Assembly (NCBI GenBank): GCA_040767195.1 | Contig: JAXGPA010000001.1 | Location: 864,001-928,000, forward strand | Source of the DNA: Syntrophales bacterium | GTDB taxonomy: Bacteria; Desulfobacterota; Syntrophia; Syntrophales; UBA6807 | Length of the DNA stretch: 64,000 nt | Direction: 5' to 3' | Shown here: piece after piece, positions 28,494-38,864 of the stretch | Position numbering within the stretch: position 1 is the stretch's first letter | Layout of the letters: every line of letters starts with the position of its first letter | Position numbers and translations under genes: made by a program | The notes under the pieces: model-generated | The model's database searches: none | What the model saw: only the letters and a program-made list of their open reading frames with translations | Told to the model about the DNA's origin: nothing

Positions 28494-28955
28494 GGTCTTG
28501 TACCTCAAAGATTCCTTAAAGACCGGACCTTTTTTTCCATATCCTGAAATACAGCGTATTCAGGGGCCAGCGCTGCGGGCCGTAAAAAGCGATGATCCGT
28601 CGGAACAATCGGATGACCGGGACAGGCAGGTGTTTCCGGTATGGGGATTCCCCCGGGGGCGCAATATTCGTGCATGACCCTCCGTATGAGGTCCCCACTT
28701 TCGTGAGTCAAAGAAAATTACCGAACCGCTCTTTCTGTTTTTCTTTCATGCGAAAATAGCACGGACAGGTCAAAAAAGCGATCCCTGGGGCCGCCGGAAA
28801 ACCCTCTTGCTTCTTTGTCTTTTCCCGCAGGGGTCAAGACAGAAATCCATGCCGCTTCCCGAACAAATGGGAACCCGAATCGTCACATCAAGGGGGTCTC
28901 TCCCGGCGGAGAGGAAACCTTTCTGTTTCAAAACGAAGAAACGGCTCTCTGGACA

Positions 28956-30365
28956 TCAGCGAACGGGGACGCTCCATCGGGCGTTCACGACGCGGCCCGT
29001 GTAAAAAAGGGCGACGAGGGCGGCGGCCCAGGTGATTCCAAAAATGCCCCACCATATGCCCAAAAGGCCGACACCCAAATACTGCATCAGGGAGAAAACC
29101 GCCACAGGAACGATGACCTGACGGGCCAGGCCGATGTAAACGGCGAAAAAAGGCCTTTTCATGCCCTGGAGGGCGGAAACGGATGTATACAGAATGATAT
29201 AGGCCCAGGAAATGAAGGCGGCAATCCTGAGATAGGTGACCCCTGAACGAATGACCGCGCCGTCACCGGTGAAAAGCCTCATCATGGGATCGGCGGCGAT
29301 AAAAACCAACAAGGCCCCCACAGCCATGACCAAAAGGCCATATTTGAGAGACGTTGCCAGGGTTTCTCGAACCCGGTCCATCAAGCGTGCCCCGTTGTTC
29401 TGCCCGACAAGCGCCAGGGTCGCCATATTAAGCCCGATCACCGGCAGAAGGGCGATCTGCTCGATACGAAGCGCCGTTCCGTAAGCCGCCACGGCTTCCT
29501 TCCCGAAAGCGCTCACGTAGTATGTGATCACAAAAGCCCCGATGGCCACGGTCATCATGTTCAGGCTTGCCGGGAAACCCTGGCGGAAAATATCGGCAAA
29601 ATAACCGAACTGTGGTGACAGCATGGCCAGGCACTGCCGACAGAGGAGACCCGACCGGATTGCCCGGTAAAAGAGATACACACATCCCCCCATCTGGATG
29701 ACCACCGTCGCCCACGCCACCCCGGCGATCCCTAAAGCGGGAAAACCGAACCCCCCGAACATGAACCACGGATCGAGAAGGATATTCAGAAAAAAACCGG
29801 CCACGAGAAAGTTTCTGAAGCTTGCCGTGTCCCCCTGGGCGTTCAGCGAGGAATTGACGACATAAGCGATCATGAAAAAAACGGACCCGTAAATGATGAC
29901 GTCCATGTATCGGAGGGCCGTGGCAAGGTAAGACCCTTCCGCCCCGAGAGCCCGAAACAGAAAAGGAGAGGCGATCAATCCTGTCAAGGTGAGAAAAAAC
30001 CCTGTCAAGAGGGCGAATGTAAGAGACTGGGCCGTGTATGCCATGGCCTTCACCCGGTCCCCCTCACCCAAGGCGTTGGCTATGAGGGCCGTGGATCCCG
30101 TGCCGAGACCGGTTCCCATGGCAATGAGAATGAAAAATACGGGAAAGGAGATGGAGAGAGCCGCCAGGGCCTCCGTGGACAGGATTCCGGCAAAATAGGT
30201 GTCCACGGCGTTATACATGGTGTTGAAAAAATAACCGATACTTGCCGGTACGGCAATCCTGCGGATATGCCGGGCGAGGGACCCCCGGGTCAGATCCTCA
30301 CCGGTCGTTCCCGCTTCAAGGGGAGCGGGCAGGCGTGGACGCACAGGCGTCGGTCCCGGCACCAT
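28956..30365 (-). CDS. MATE family efflux transporter
   Basis: DLT.GS, YN.VDT.FAG, LNILLDP.F.FG, G..G.AWAT, VGQNNGA; about 12 TM segments. Confidence 0.92.
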   Translation of the reverse strand: MVPGPTPVRPRLPAPLEAGTTGEDLTRGSLARHIRRIAVPASIGYFFNTMYNAVDTYFAGILSTEALAALSISFPVFFILIAMGTGLGTGSTALIANALGEGDRVKAMAYTAQSLTFALLTGFFLTLTGLIASPFLFRALGAEGSYLATALRYMDVIIYGSVFFMIAYVVNSSLNAQGDTASFRNFLVAGFFLNILLDPWFMFGGFGFPALGIAGVAWATVVIQMGGCVYLFYRAIRSGLLCRQCLAMLSPQFGYFADIFRQGFPASLNMMTVAIGAFVITYYVSAFGKEAVAAYGTALRIEQIALLPVIGLNMATLALVGQNNGARLMDRVRETLATSLKYGLLVMAVGALLVFIAADPMMRLFTGDGAVIRSGVTYLRIAAFISWAYIILYTSVSALQGMKRPFFAVYIGLARQVIVPVAVFSLMQYLGVGLLGIWWGIFGITWAAALVALFYTGRVVNARWSVPVR

Positions 30366-30480
30366 GGTTCACCCGCTCCCCGTGACACGTGACAGATATC
30401 GGTCATACATGAAACACACCCCGAATAACGGCTGTATACGGTCCGGCAAGAAACGGACCCTTCCCCGGTCATCCCCCGGC

Positions 30481-31224
30481 TCATGAGGCCTTGACGGCCG
30501 TGTAAAGACAGGTAATGCCGAACGTGAGGGCATGGCACCGGACATGGGAAAACCCGGCCTCCTCAAGAATGCGAATGAACCCCTTCGGGGCGGGAAAATG
30601 CATAATGGAATCGGCCAGGTAATGATAGGCTTCAGGGTTGCGAGAGAACGAGCGGGCTATCCGGGGAAGAACCCGGCCAAGATAAAACTCGTAGAAATCA
30701 CGGAAAATCTTCATGTCGGGAAAGTGCATTTCGAGGATCACGATCCGCCCCCCGGGAACAAGGATCCTTAATGCTTCCCGGAGCGCCCCGGGCCTGTCGG
30801 GCATGTTCCGGATCCCGAAGGCGATGCCTGCCGTGTCGAAAGACGCGTCGGGAAAGGGCAAGGCCATGGCGTCGGCCCGAACGAGGGCCATCCTCGACCC
30901 CGGGGTCTTTTCGCGGATTTTTTCCGCCGCCACCGTGACCATCTCTCCGACAAAGTCGACGGCCGTCACGAAAACCTCTCCGTGGCGTCGGGCCACCGCC
31001 AGGGCCAGATCCCCCGTTCCCGTGGCGATGTCGAGATAGCGGCCGGTTTTTCCAAACCAGCCCTTTTCGGCGGCCGCCCGTCGCCAGGCCACATCCCGCC
31101 TGAAGCTGAAGAGGCGGTTCAGAAAGTCATAGGTTCCCGTTATGGTGGCGAAAATGTCCCTGACCATGGCCCGGTGGGCGGCCGCGTCCAGGGACGACAC
31201 AGGCTTGTATTTCCGATGGGACAT
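30481..31224 (-). CDS. menG: Ubiquinone/menaquinone biosynthesis C-methyltransferase (UbiE/MenG)
   Basis: F..I...YD.LNR..S...D..WR, LDIATGTGD, LPF.D.SFD, FGIRN, AY.YL..SI; ATG 31224 (ORF track starts at 31275). Confidence 0.88.
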   Translation of the reverse strand: MSHRKYKPVSSLDAAAHRAMVRDIFATITGTYDFLNRLFSFRRDVAWRRAAAEKGWFGKTGRYLDIATGTGDLALAVARRHGEVFVTAVDFVGEMVTVAAEKIREKTPGSRMALVRADAMALPFPDASFDTAGIAFGIRNMPDRPGALREALRILVPGGRIVILEMHFPDMKIFRDFYEFYLGRVLPRIARSFSRNPEAYHYLADSIMHFPAPKGFIRILEEAGFSHVRCHALTFGITCLYTAVKAS

Positions 31225-31360
31225 CAGACAAGGTTCTTGACGTTCTGGTTCATCGTCCACGTGAAGCGCCGCCATCGGTACCAGGAAGGACGAAAAGCGG
31301 GCCTATCGGATCACCCGGCCGCGGCGACGGCCTAAAAAGGGCTTTCATCGACGGAACATG

Positions 31361-32611
31361 TCACTGAGAGGCGGCGAGTTTATCGTCCCAGACACGGATG
31401 AGATAGCCTTTCTGCTCCTCGAAAAGAAGGGCCTGTTCTTCCACCAGTTCCTCCGCTTCTTCGGAGCTCATGTCCCAGCTCTGCCGGACGAAGGAGGCCA
31501 CCCGGGCATAGTAGAGGGGGGTGACGAGATCGATGAGCTTGTAACGGTTCACCTTCCAGGCGTGAAAAGTCGCCGCCAGTTCGTAAAGGGCCTGGATCCA
31601 CGTTCTCGTGGGAAGCCGGAAGACGGAAGGTTCCATGGTGGAGGCCTCCCGGATGGCCTCGAAACACTCGGGGCAGAACAGGTCCTTCCACAGGGAGGAG
31701 AACTGCTGGAACCCGACTTTGAAATGATCCACCAGGCCTTCGAGATTGACGGCCACCGGTTCCGGTTCGATGTGGTTTTCAAACCCGAAGGTCTCCACCG
31801 GCTCGCTTCCCTCGACTTTTTTCCAGTGACTCTCGTAGCTTTCCATGAGTGAAAAGATCGTCCAGACCACCTGGCGGAACATGGGTCCCAGGTGTTGCCC
31901 GGGATCCTTGGCATCGTGGATTTTCACCCCGAGATTGGACTGGCAGATCTTGAAGCCCTGGTTGATGGCGTTGGTGGTCATCCAGATGTCGATGCCGTAT
32001 CGGGCCACGTCGGTTTCCCAGACGTCCTGATCGACGTAGAACTTGGCCACGCTCCGGGAAAGGGCGAAGTCCCCCCCGATGGGCTGACGGATCCGCTTCC
32101 CGTACAGGGCCCGGGTGAGATTGTACACGATGTTGTTGGTGATGGTCCCGTCATACTTGTGGCGCACATAGACGGGGGCCACGAAATCATACCCCCCCTG
32201 CATGACGGGGTCGATGAGATATTTCACCCAGTCGGGGGTAATGCTCCGCAGATCCGAGTCCACAACGGCGCAGGCCTTCACCTGGAGGCGGGCCGCCGCC
32301 TCGAAAACGGAACGAAGGGCCGTGCCCTTCCCACCGGGTCCCCGGTAGATGGAAACGATTTTTTCCTGCCAGGGCTTGATCTGGAATTCCTTGGCCACCT
32401 CCCGGGTGTCGTCGGTGGACCCGCCGTCGGCGACGACGATGACGCTTCGCCTGTCCTTGAAGTGCCTGGCCAGACCGTGGCTGACCTTCTGAATCACGTG
32501 CTCGATGGTTTTTTCATTGTTGAAAGAGGGAATCCCCACGAGAATGTCCGCCTGCTCGATTTCCTCCAGCCGCTTTCCCGTGTATCCTCTCAGGGCGGTG
32601 TTGTAATGCAT
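31361..32611 (-). CDS. GT-A glycosyltransferase, glucosylglycerate/mannosylglycerate synthase-like
   Basis: VGIPSFNN..TI, DGGSTD.T, GKG.A, VDSDL.SI.P.W, Y.RHKYDGTITN, RQPIGGDF, GIDIW.T, K.HD.KDP; ATG 32611. Confidence 0.8.
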   Translation of the reverse strand: MHYNTALRGYTGKRLEEIEQADILVGIPSFNNEKTIEHVIQKVSHGLARHFKDRRSVIVVADGGSTDDTREVAKEFQIKPWQEKIVSIYRGPGGKGTALRSVFEAAARLQVKACAVVDSDLRSITPDWVKYLIDPVMQGGYDFVAPVYVRHKYDGTITNNIVYNLTRALYGKRIRQPIGGDFALSRSVAKFYVDQDVWETDVARYGIDIWMTTNAINQGFKICQSNLGVKIHDAKDPGQHLGPMFRQVVWTIFSLMESYESHWKKVEGSEPVETFGFENHIEPEPVAVNLEGLVDHFKVGFQQFSSLWKDLFCPECFEAIREASTMEPSVFRLPTRTWIQALYELAATFHAWKVNRYKLIDLVTPLYYARVASFVRQSWDMSSEEAEELVEEQALLFEEQKGYLIRVWDDKLAASQ

Positions 32612-32752
32612 GGCGTTTCCTCTCGATTTTTTACAATTTACCTTATCATATCGGCCAAAGGGTAACAACCTCGACGGCGCCGGGGCAGCCGCGAACCGTC
32701 GGTATCCCTGCATGACAAAAGGATGAAAAAGGAAAAACAAGAGAAAAGAACG

Positions 32753-32808
32753 GCTTCACGGGATCTTCATCTTTCTGTCACACCTTTGTAACATAAAAAC
32801 CGTAGGAT
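32753..32808 (+). promoter_or_regulatory. Pho-box array and -10 element of the pstS promoter
   Basis: Four half-sites at 11-bp period (GCTTCAC 32753, TCTTCAT 32764, CTGTCAC 32775, TTGTAAC 32786), then TAGGAT at 32803; resembles the PhoB consensus CTGTCAT-N4. Confidence 0.8.
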
Positions 32809-32856
32809 GCCTTCCAGGATGACATGAAAGGAAAAAATCGACCGAGGAGGTCCCAA

Positions 32857-33675
32857 ATGAAAAAAAGCAGATTCATCCAGACCCTGGTCGCCGTGACCGT
32901 CCTTTGCTTCGGCACGACGGCATTCGCGGCGACCCAGGTCGTCGTCAACGGGTCGACCACCGTGCTTCCCGTAGCCCAGGCGGCGGCGGAAGCGTACATG
33001 AAAAGCCGCAGCGACGTGAGCATCTCCATCTCCGGCGGCGGTTCGGGAAACGGCATCAAGGCCCTCATCGACGGCACGACGGACATCGCCAACTCGTCCC
33101 GCTTTCTCAAGGACAAGGAAGTCCAGTCGGCCATGGAAAAAGGCGCCTACCCCGTCCCCTTCCGGATCGCCATGGACGCCATCGTCCCCATCGTCCACCC
33201 CCGTAACCCCGTCAAGGACCTCACCATCGAGCAGCTGAGCCTCATTTACCAGGGAAAGATCAGGAACTGGAAGGAAGTGGGCGGGGAAGACCTCCAGATT
33301 GTCATCGTGTCCCGGGACACCAGTTCCGGCACCTACGAGGTCTGGGAGGAAAAGGTCCTTCACAAGGCCAAGGTGAGCCCCCGGGCCCAGCTCCAGGCCT
33401 CGAACGGCGCCGTCTCCCAGGCCGTTTCCAAGAACCGCTACGCCATCGGTTACATCGGCTTCGGATACCTGAACAAGGACGTGAAGGCCCTGCAGGTGAA
33501 CGGCATCGAAGCGACCATGGAATCGTCCCTCGCCGGCGTCTACCCCGTCTCCCGTCCCCTCTTCATGTTCACCCGAGGATGGCCCACCGGTGCCGTGTCC
33601 GATTTCATGAACTACATCCTGAGTCCCAAGGGCCAGGAAATCGTCAAGAAGGAAGGGTACATCCCCCTTTACTAA
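32857..33675 (+). CDS. pstS: Phosphate ABC transporter substrate-binding protein
   Basis: GAGGAGG RBS, signal peptide, GSTTV.P, GGGSGNG, DIA.SSR, SR...SGT, AIGY. Confidence 0.95.
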   Translation: MKKSRFIQTLVAVTVLCFGTTAFAATQVVVNGSTTVLPVAQAAAEAYMKSRSDVSISISGGGSGNGIKALIDGTTDIANSSRFLKDKEVQSAMEKGAYPVPFRIAMDAIVPIVHPRNPVKDLTIEQLSLIYQGKIRNWKEVGGEDLQIVIVSRDTSSGTYEVWEEKVLHKAKVSPRAQLQASNGAVSQAVSKNRYAIGYIGFGYLNKDVKALQVNGIEATMESSLAGVYPVSRPLFMFTRGWPTGAVSDFMNYILSPKGQEIVKKEGYIPLY

Positions 33676-33729
33676 ACCTCCCGGGCTTCATGCCTCGGGT
33701 TTTTCAGAAAAGCATCATTTTGCGGAACC

Positions 33730-33755
33730 GGAGGCGGTTGAAAAATACCGCCTCC
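33730..33755 (+). other. Intergenic stem-loop between pstS and pstC (possible mRNA-stabilising hairpin)
   Basis: GGAGGCGGT-N8-ACCGCCTCC with no downstream U-tract. Confidence 0.55.
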
Positions 33756-33796
33756 CGTCGTATTCTGATTGCTGAAAAAGCAGGCTGCCAAAGGCC

Positions 33797-34684
33797 ATGA
33801 CACGAACCCTGAAAGAAAAACTCATTAAACAGGTCTTTTTTCTCCTTGCCCTGGTCTCCGTCGTCGTTTTGGGGCTCATCGTCATCTTTCTCTTCATGGA
33901 AGGCCTTCCCATTTTCCTGGTAACGTCCCTGAAAGACTTCCTTTTCGGTGTCGAGTGGTATCCCACCTACGATCCCCCCGATTTCGGGATCGGGGCCCTC
34001 ATTGTCGGGTCCTTCGCCGTCACCCTCGGTGCCACTGTCATCGCCGTTCCCCTCGGCATTTTATCGGCCGTCTACATTTCCGAGATCGCCCCGGGGCCGG
34101 TCAAGGAGGTTTTCAAGCCCGTCGTCGAGCTTCTCGCCGGCCTCCCCTCGGTTGTCCTCGGCTTCTTCGGCATGGCCGTCATCGCCCCCTGGATGCAGGA
34201 AACCTTCGATCTGCCCACGGGACTCAACATCGCCAACGCTTCGCTTGTTCTCGCCTTCATGGCCATACCCACCATCTCGAGCATTTCCGAGGATGCCCTC
34301 TACGCCGTTCCCCAGGAATTCAAGGAGGCCTCCTACGCCCTCGGGGCGACGAAGTTCGAAACCATCACCCGGGTGATTGTCCCCGCGGCCCTCTCGGGTA
34401 TCTCCACGGCCGTCATTCTCGGCATGGCCCGGGCCATCGGGGAAACCATGGTGGTTCTCATGGTGGCGGGCGGCGCGGCCATGATCCCCGAAAGTATCTT
34501 CGATTCCGTCCGGCCCATGCCCGCAAGCATCGCCGCCGAAATGGGGGAAGCCCCCTTCCGGAGCGATCACTACCATGCCCTTTTCGCCACGGGAATCGTC
34601 CTGTTTTTCCTGACTCTGGGGTTCAATCTCATCGCCGACTACGTATCCAACAAATTCAAGGAAACGGGTTCCGCAACCTTATGA
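33797..34684 (+). CDS. pstC: Phosphate ABC transporter permease
   Basis: [20 protein letters not shown]...[20 protein letters not shown]. Confidence 0.95.
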   Translation: MTRTLKEKLIKQVFFLLALVSVVVLGLIVIFLFMEGLPIFLVTSLKDFLFGVEWYPTYDPPDFGIGALIVGSFAVTLGATVIAVPLGILSAVYISEIAPGPVKEVFKPVVELLAGLPSVVLGFFGMAVIAPWMQETFDLPTGLNIANASLVLAFMAIPTISSISEDALYAVPQEFKEASYALGATKFETITRVIVPAALSGISTAVILGMARAIGETMVVLMVAGGAAMIPESIFDSVRPMPASIAAEMGEAPFRSDHYHALFATGIVLFFLTLGFNLIADYVSNKFKETGSATL

Positions 34685-35535
34685 AATGGCGATATCTGAA
34701 ACAGAACGTCTTCTTCCTCATGGTCCGCCTGTCGGCCCTGTCCATCGCCGTCGCCATCGGGGCCTTCCTTTTTTATATCTTCTACCACGGCGCCGGCGTC
34801 ATCAGCTGGAGCTTCCTCACCGAACCCCCGCGGGATGCCATGACGAAAGGTGGGATCATGCCGGCCATCCTGGGGACCTTCTACCTGACCCTGGGGGCCC
34901 TCATGATTGCCCTGCCCCTGGGGATCACGTCGGCCGTCTATCTCAGCGAGTATGCCAAACAGGGACCCGCGGTCCGGATCATCCGTATCGGCGTGAACTG
35001 CCTGGCCGGGGTTCCCTCCATCGTTTTCGGTCTTTTCGGCCTCGGGCTCTTCGTGGTGTTTCTGCAATTCGGGTCGTCCATCGCCTCCGGCGCCCTGACC
35101 CTCGGGTTTCTCATCCTGCCGACCATCATCGGGGCATCCGAGGAAGCCCTGAAAGCCGTTCCCAGAACATTCCGGGAGGCCTCCCTGGCGCTCGGCGTTT
35201 CCAAGTGGCAGACCATCTTCCGGATTGTTCTTCCCAGCGCCCTCCCGGGGATTCTCACCGGCTCGATCCTCGGTATTGGCCGGGCGGCGGGGGAGACGGC
35301 GCCCATCATGTTCACCGCCGCGGCCTTTTTCACGCCCCTTCTCCCCAAATCCATATTCGACCAGGTCATGGCCCTGCCTTACCACGTGTACGTCCTGGCG
35401 ACGGCGGGGACCCACATCGAGGAAACGCGGCCCATCCAGTACGGCACCATCGTCGTTCTCGTCGCCCTCGTCCTGGGGATCGATCTTGTCGCCATCATCA
35501 TCCGAAGCTGGATCCGAAAAAAGAAAAGGTGGTAA
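34681..35535 (+). CDS. pstA: Phosphate ABC transporter permease
   Basis: Real start ATG 34681 (ATGA overlap with pstC); [35 protein letters not shown]. Confidence 0.95.
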   Translation: MKWRYLKQNVFFLMVRLSALSIAVAIGAFLFYIFYHGAGVISWSFLTEPPRDAMTKGGIMPAILGTFYLTLGALMIALPLGITSAVYLSEYAKQGPAVRIIRIGVNCLAGVPSIVFGLFGLGLFVVFLQFGSSIASGALTLGFLILPTIIGASEEALKAVPRTFREASLALGVSKWQTIFRIVLPSALPGILTGSILGIGRAAGETAPIMFTAAAFFTPLLPKSIFDQVMALPYHVYVLATAGTHIEETRPIQYGTIVVLVALVLGIDLVAIIIRSWIRKKKRW

Positions 35536-35537
35536 TC

Positions 35538-36302
35538 GTGCAGGACAATAACACCATCATCCAGTGCCAGAATGTAAATTTCTATTACGGAAACTTCCGG
35601 GCCCTGACGGATGTGACCATGGACTTTGAACAGAACCGGGTGACGGCCCTCATCGGCCCGTCGGGATGCGGGAAGTCCACCCTCCTGCGACTGCTCAACC
35701 GGATGAACGACCTCATCGACGGAACCCGGGTGGAAGGGCGTATCCTTTTCGAGGGAAGGGACATTTACGGGGACAAGGTCGACCCCGTGGAAGTCCGGAA
35801 ACGCATCGGCATGGTCTTTCAGAAGCCCAACCCCTTCCCCAAGTCCATTTTCAACAACATCACCTACGGTCCCCGTCTCGCGGGACTGCAGAGAAAAAGC
35901 GACCTGGAGGCCCTGGTGGAGCGGAGCCTGAAGCAGGCCTCCCTCTGGGAGGAGGCCAGGGACATTCTGGGCCAGTCCGCCATGATGCTCTCCGGTGGCC
36001 AGCAGCAGCGCCTGTGCATCGCCCGGGCGCTGGCCATGAAACCGGACATCCTCCTCATGGACGAGCCCACGTCCGCGCTGGATCCCATTTCCACCGCGAA
36101 AATAGAGGAATTGATTGACGAATTGAAAAAACAGTATACGATTATCATCGTTACCCACAACATGCAGCAGGCCGCCCGGGTCTCCGACAGTACCGGCTTC
36201 TTCTACCTGGGGAAACTCATCGAGTTCAATCCCACGGAGAAGCTCTTTACCAACCCCGATGAAAAGCAGACGGAAGACTACATCACGGGGCGTTTCGGCT
36301 GA
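35538..36302 (+). CDS. pstB: Phosphate ABC transporter ATP-binding protein
   Basis: [59 protein letters not shown] 35538. Confidence 0.97.
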   Translation: MQDNNTIIQCQNVNFYYGNFRALTDVTMDFEQNRVTALIGPSGCGKSTLLRLLNRMNDLIDGTRVEGRILFEGRDIYGDKVDPVEVRKRIGMVFQKPNPFPKSIFNNITYGPRLAGLQRKSDLEALVERSLKQASLWEEARDILGQSAMMLSGGQQQRLCIARALAMKPDILLMDEPTSALDPISTAKIEELIDELKKQYTIIIVTHNMQQAARVSDSTGFFYLGKLIEFNPTEKLFTNPDEKQTEDYITGRFG

Positions 36303-36343
36303 TCCGGAAAGGACGAGGACGGAAGGAAAGGAAAGGGAACACT

Positions 36344-37042
36344 ATGAAAGTCCACACCAGCTCCCAGTACGAACGTGATCTGAAGGACGTCAAGGAGAGT
36401 CTCGTCTATCTGGGCGCCCTCGTGGAAAAGGCCATCGACAAGGCCGTCAAGGCCCTCCTGGACCGGAATTCCGATCTCGCCCGGAACACCATCGCCGGCG
36501 ACCGGGTCATCGACCGCCTGGACGAGGAAATCGAGGAAAAATGCATCACCCTTCTCGCCCTTCGCCAGCCCATAGCCCGGGACCTCCGGTTCATAACCAC
36601 GGCCATCAAGATCAACGGACACCTGGAACGGATCGGCGACATGGCGGTGACCATCGCCAAGAGGGCCATCGCCCTGAACGAGGAACCCCAGCTGAAACCC
36701 TACATCGACCTGCCCCGGATGGCGGAAATCGCCGAGGGGATGATCCGGAACAGCCTGGACGCTCTGATCCAGGAGGACGTCACCCTGGCAAACCGGGTCC
36801 GGCGGGAGGACGACATCATCGACAAGCTGAACGAGCAGATTTTCCGGGAGCTTCTCACCTTCATCATGGAAGACCCCAAGACCACCCACCGGGCGCTCCT
36901 CATCATGCAGATCTCCAAGAACCTAGAGAGAATCTCCGATCACGCCAAGAGCATCGCCGACATGGTGGTTTTCCTGGTAACAGGCAGGAACGTTCGCCAC
37001 GAGTATCCCGGCGAACCCAACGGGGCGGCGTCCCGGGAGTGA
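36344..37042 (+). CDS. phoU: Phosphate signalling protein PhoU
   Basis: Two PhoU repeats: QP.A.DLR, LERIGD, D..D, LERISDHA.SIA. Confidence 0.95.
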   Translation: MKVHTSSQYERDLKDVKESLVYLGALVEKAIDKAVKALLDRNSDLARNTIAGDRVIDRLDEEIEEKCITLLALRQPIARDLRFITTAIKINGHLERIGDMAVTIAKRAIALNEEPQLKPYIDLPRMAEIAEGMIRNSLDALIQEDVTLANRVRREDDIIDKLNEQIFRELLTFIMEDPKTTHRALLIMQISKNLERISDHAKSIADMVVFLVTGRNVRHEYPGEPNGAASRE

Positions 37043-37064
37043 AAAAGGAAACCGGAAGGGAATC

Positions 37065-38852
37065 ATGAGGGGAAATCTTTTTTACAAGGTCCTGGCCACC
37101 TACATCATCATCGTCCTTACGGCCATGGCCGTGGTCGGCTACATGGGAAGCCGCCAGCTCCGGGAGCGGGTTCTGCGGGAAACAGAGGCCAACCTGAAAA
37201 CCTTCGCGGGCATGGTCGCCCTCATGGCCTCCAAGGAATCGATCAAAGAGAGGATCGCCGAGCTGACCGCCCTGTCGGAAGCCCGGATCACCCTCATCGA
37301 CGGCAACGGCGACGTTCTGGCCGATTCGGACGCCCCGAACGCCGAGATGGACAACCACCTGAACCGCCCGGAAATCCAGGAAGTCCGGGTCCGGGGAACG
37401 GGAACGGCCATTCGGTTCAGCCGGACGCTGGGCATGGACACCATGTATGTCGCCGTCCCTTTCCGAAAGGACGGGAAGATCACGGGATATCTCCGGTTGG
37501 CCCGGCCTCTCGAGGAAATCCGGAAGGCCATCGGTCATTTTTCCTTTCTCCTGTTCCAGTCCTTCCTTCTCGTGGGGGCCCTTTCCTTTCTCATCGCCTT
37601 TCTTTTCACCTCCCGGCTCGTCACACCCATCCAGGAGATGGAACGGTTCACAACGAGGCTCAAAGAAGGGGAACCCGCCGGAACCCTCCTCATCGACTCG
37701 CCCGACGAGGTGGGGCGGCTTGCCCGGAACATCAACGCCATGGTCCTGGAGCTCCAGGAAAGCGCCCGTGTGGCCGGCGAGGAAAAAAGCAAGCTTGAAG
37801 CCGCCTTCGCCAGTATGACCGACGGCGTTCTCGTCCTCGATGATGAAGGGCGCATCGAGGCGATGAACTCGGCCTTCAAGGCCATGCTCGACATCCGCCG
37901 GAGGGATATCCTGGGCAAGACGCCCATCGAGGCCATCCGGAACCTGGAGCTGCAGGAGGCCCTGGACCTCTTCAGAAAAACGGGGGCCCCGGTGACCCGC
38001 GAGATCAAAATTTCCGGCGGGGACCGGCTCATTCTCGACGTCACCATATCGGCGATCCAGGATCTTCCCCGGAACGAAGAAAAAACGATGATCGTCTTTC
38101 ACGATGTGACCCGCCTGAAAAAACTGGAGCGGATGCGGGTGGATTTCGTCGCCAACGTGACCCATGAAATCCGAACCCCCCTGACGGCGATCCTCGGGTT
38201 CATCGAAACCCTGAAGGAAGGCGCCCTGGACGACCGGGAAACGGCGGTCCGCTTCCTCGATGTCATCGCCCGGCACGCCCACCGGCTGAAAAGGCTGGTG
38301 GACGATCTCCTCGTCATCTCGGACATCGAGACGGGAGAAATGAGATTCAACATGGAAACCACCTCGGCGAAGGCCGTCCTGGAATCCCTTCTGCCCATCG
38401 TCGAACAGAAGGCCTCGGCGAAGAACATCGCCCTGGAGCGCCAGATCCCCCAAGACCTGCCTCCCATCCGGGCGGACCGGGACCGGCTTTGCCAGATTTT
38501 TCTGAATGTCCTCGACAACGCCGTAAAATTCACCCCCGAGGGGGGAAAGGTGCGGGTGAACGTCTACGCCGACGGGATGACCAATCTGAACGTAGACGTG
38601 GAAGACACGGGCCCGGGCATCCCGAAAGATGAAATCCCCCGCCTGGGCGAGCGTTTTTACCGGGTTGACAAGACACGGTCCCGGGAACTCGGCGGAACAG
38701 GCCTGGGACTTTCCATCGTGAAGCATCTCCTGAAAGCCCACGGTGGTGAAATGAAAATCGAAAGTTTTCGGGGCCGGGGAACGACGGTCACCCTGGCTTT
38801 TCCCGTCTCGGCGGCAGGCAGCGTCGTCAACCCAGAAAAAGACCTTTCCTGA
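37065..38852 (+). CDS. phoR: Phosphate regulon sensor histidine kinase (HAMP-PAS-HisKA-HATPase)
   Basis: NH..RPE periplasmic motif, DEVG.L, FVANVTHEIRTPLT, N.LDNAVKF, ERFYRVDK.RSR..GGTGLGL. Confidence 0.92.
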   Translation: MRGNLFYKVLATYIIIVLTAMAVVGYMGSRQLRERVLRETEANLKTFAGMVALMASKESIKERIAELTALSEARITLIDGNGDVLADSDAPNAEMDNHLNRPEIQEVRVRGTGTAIRFSRTLGMDTMYVAVPFRKDGKITGYLRLARPLEEIRKAIGHFSFLLFQSFLLVGALSFLIAFLFTSRLVTPIQEMERFTTRLKEGEPAGTLLIDSPDEVGRLARNINAMVLELQESARVAGEEKSKLEAAFASMTDGVLVLDDEGRIEAMNSAFKAMLDIRRRDILGKTPIEAIRNLELQEALDLFRKTGAPVTREIKISGGDRLILDVTISAIQDLPRNEEKTMIVFHDVTRLKKLERMRVDFVANVTHEIRTPLTAILGFIETLKEGALDDRETAVRFLDVIARHAHRLKRLVDDLLVISDIETGEMRFNMETTSAKAVLESLLPIVEQKASAKNIALERQIPQDLPPIRADRDRLCQIFLNVLDNAVKFTPEGGKVRVNVYADGMTNLNVDVEDTGPGIPKDEIPRLGERFYRVDKTRSRELGGTGLGLSIVKHLLKAHGGEMKIESFRGRGTTVTLAFPVSAAGSVVNPEKDLS

Positions 38853-38864
38853 GGCGCGGAACAC

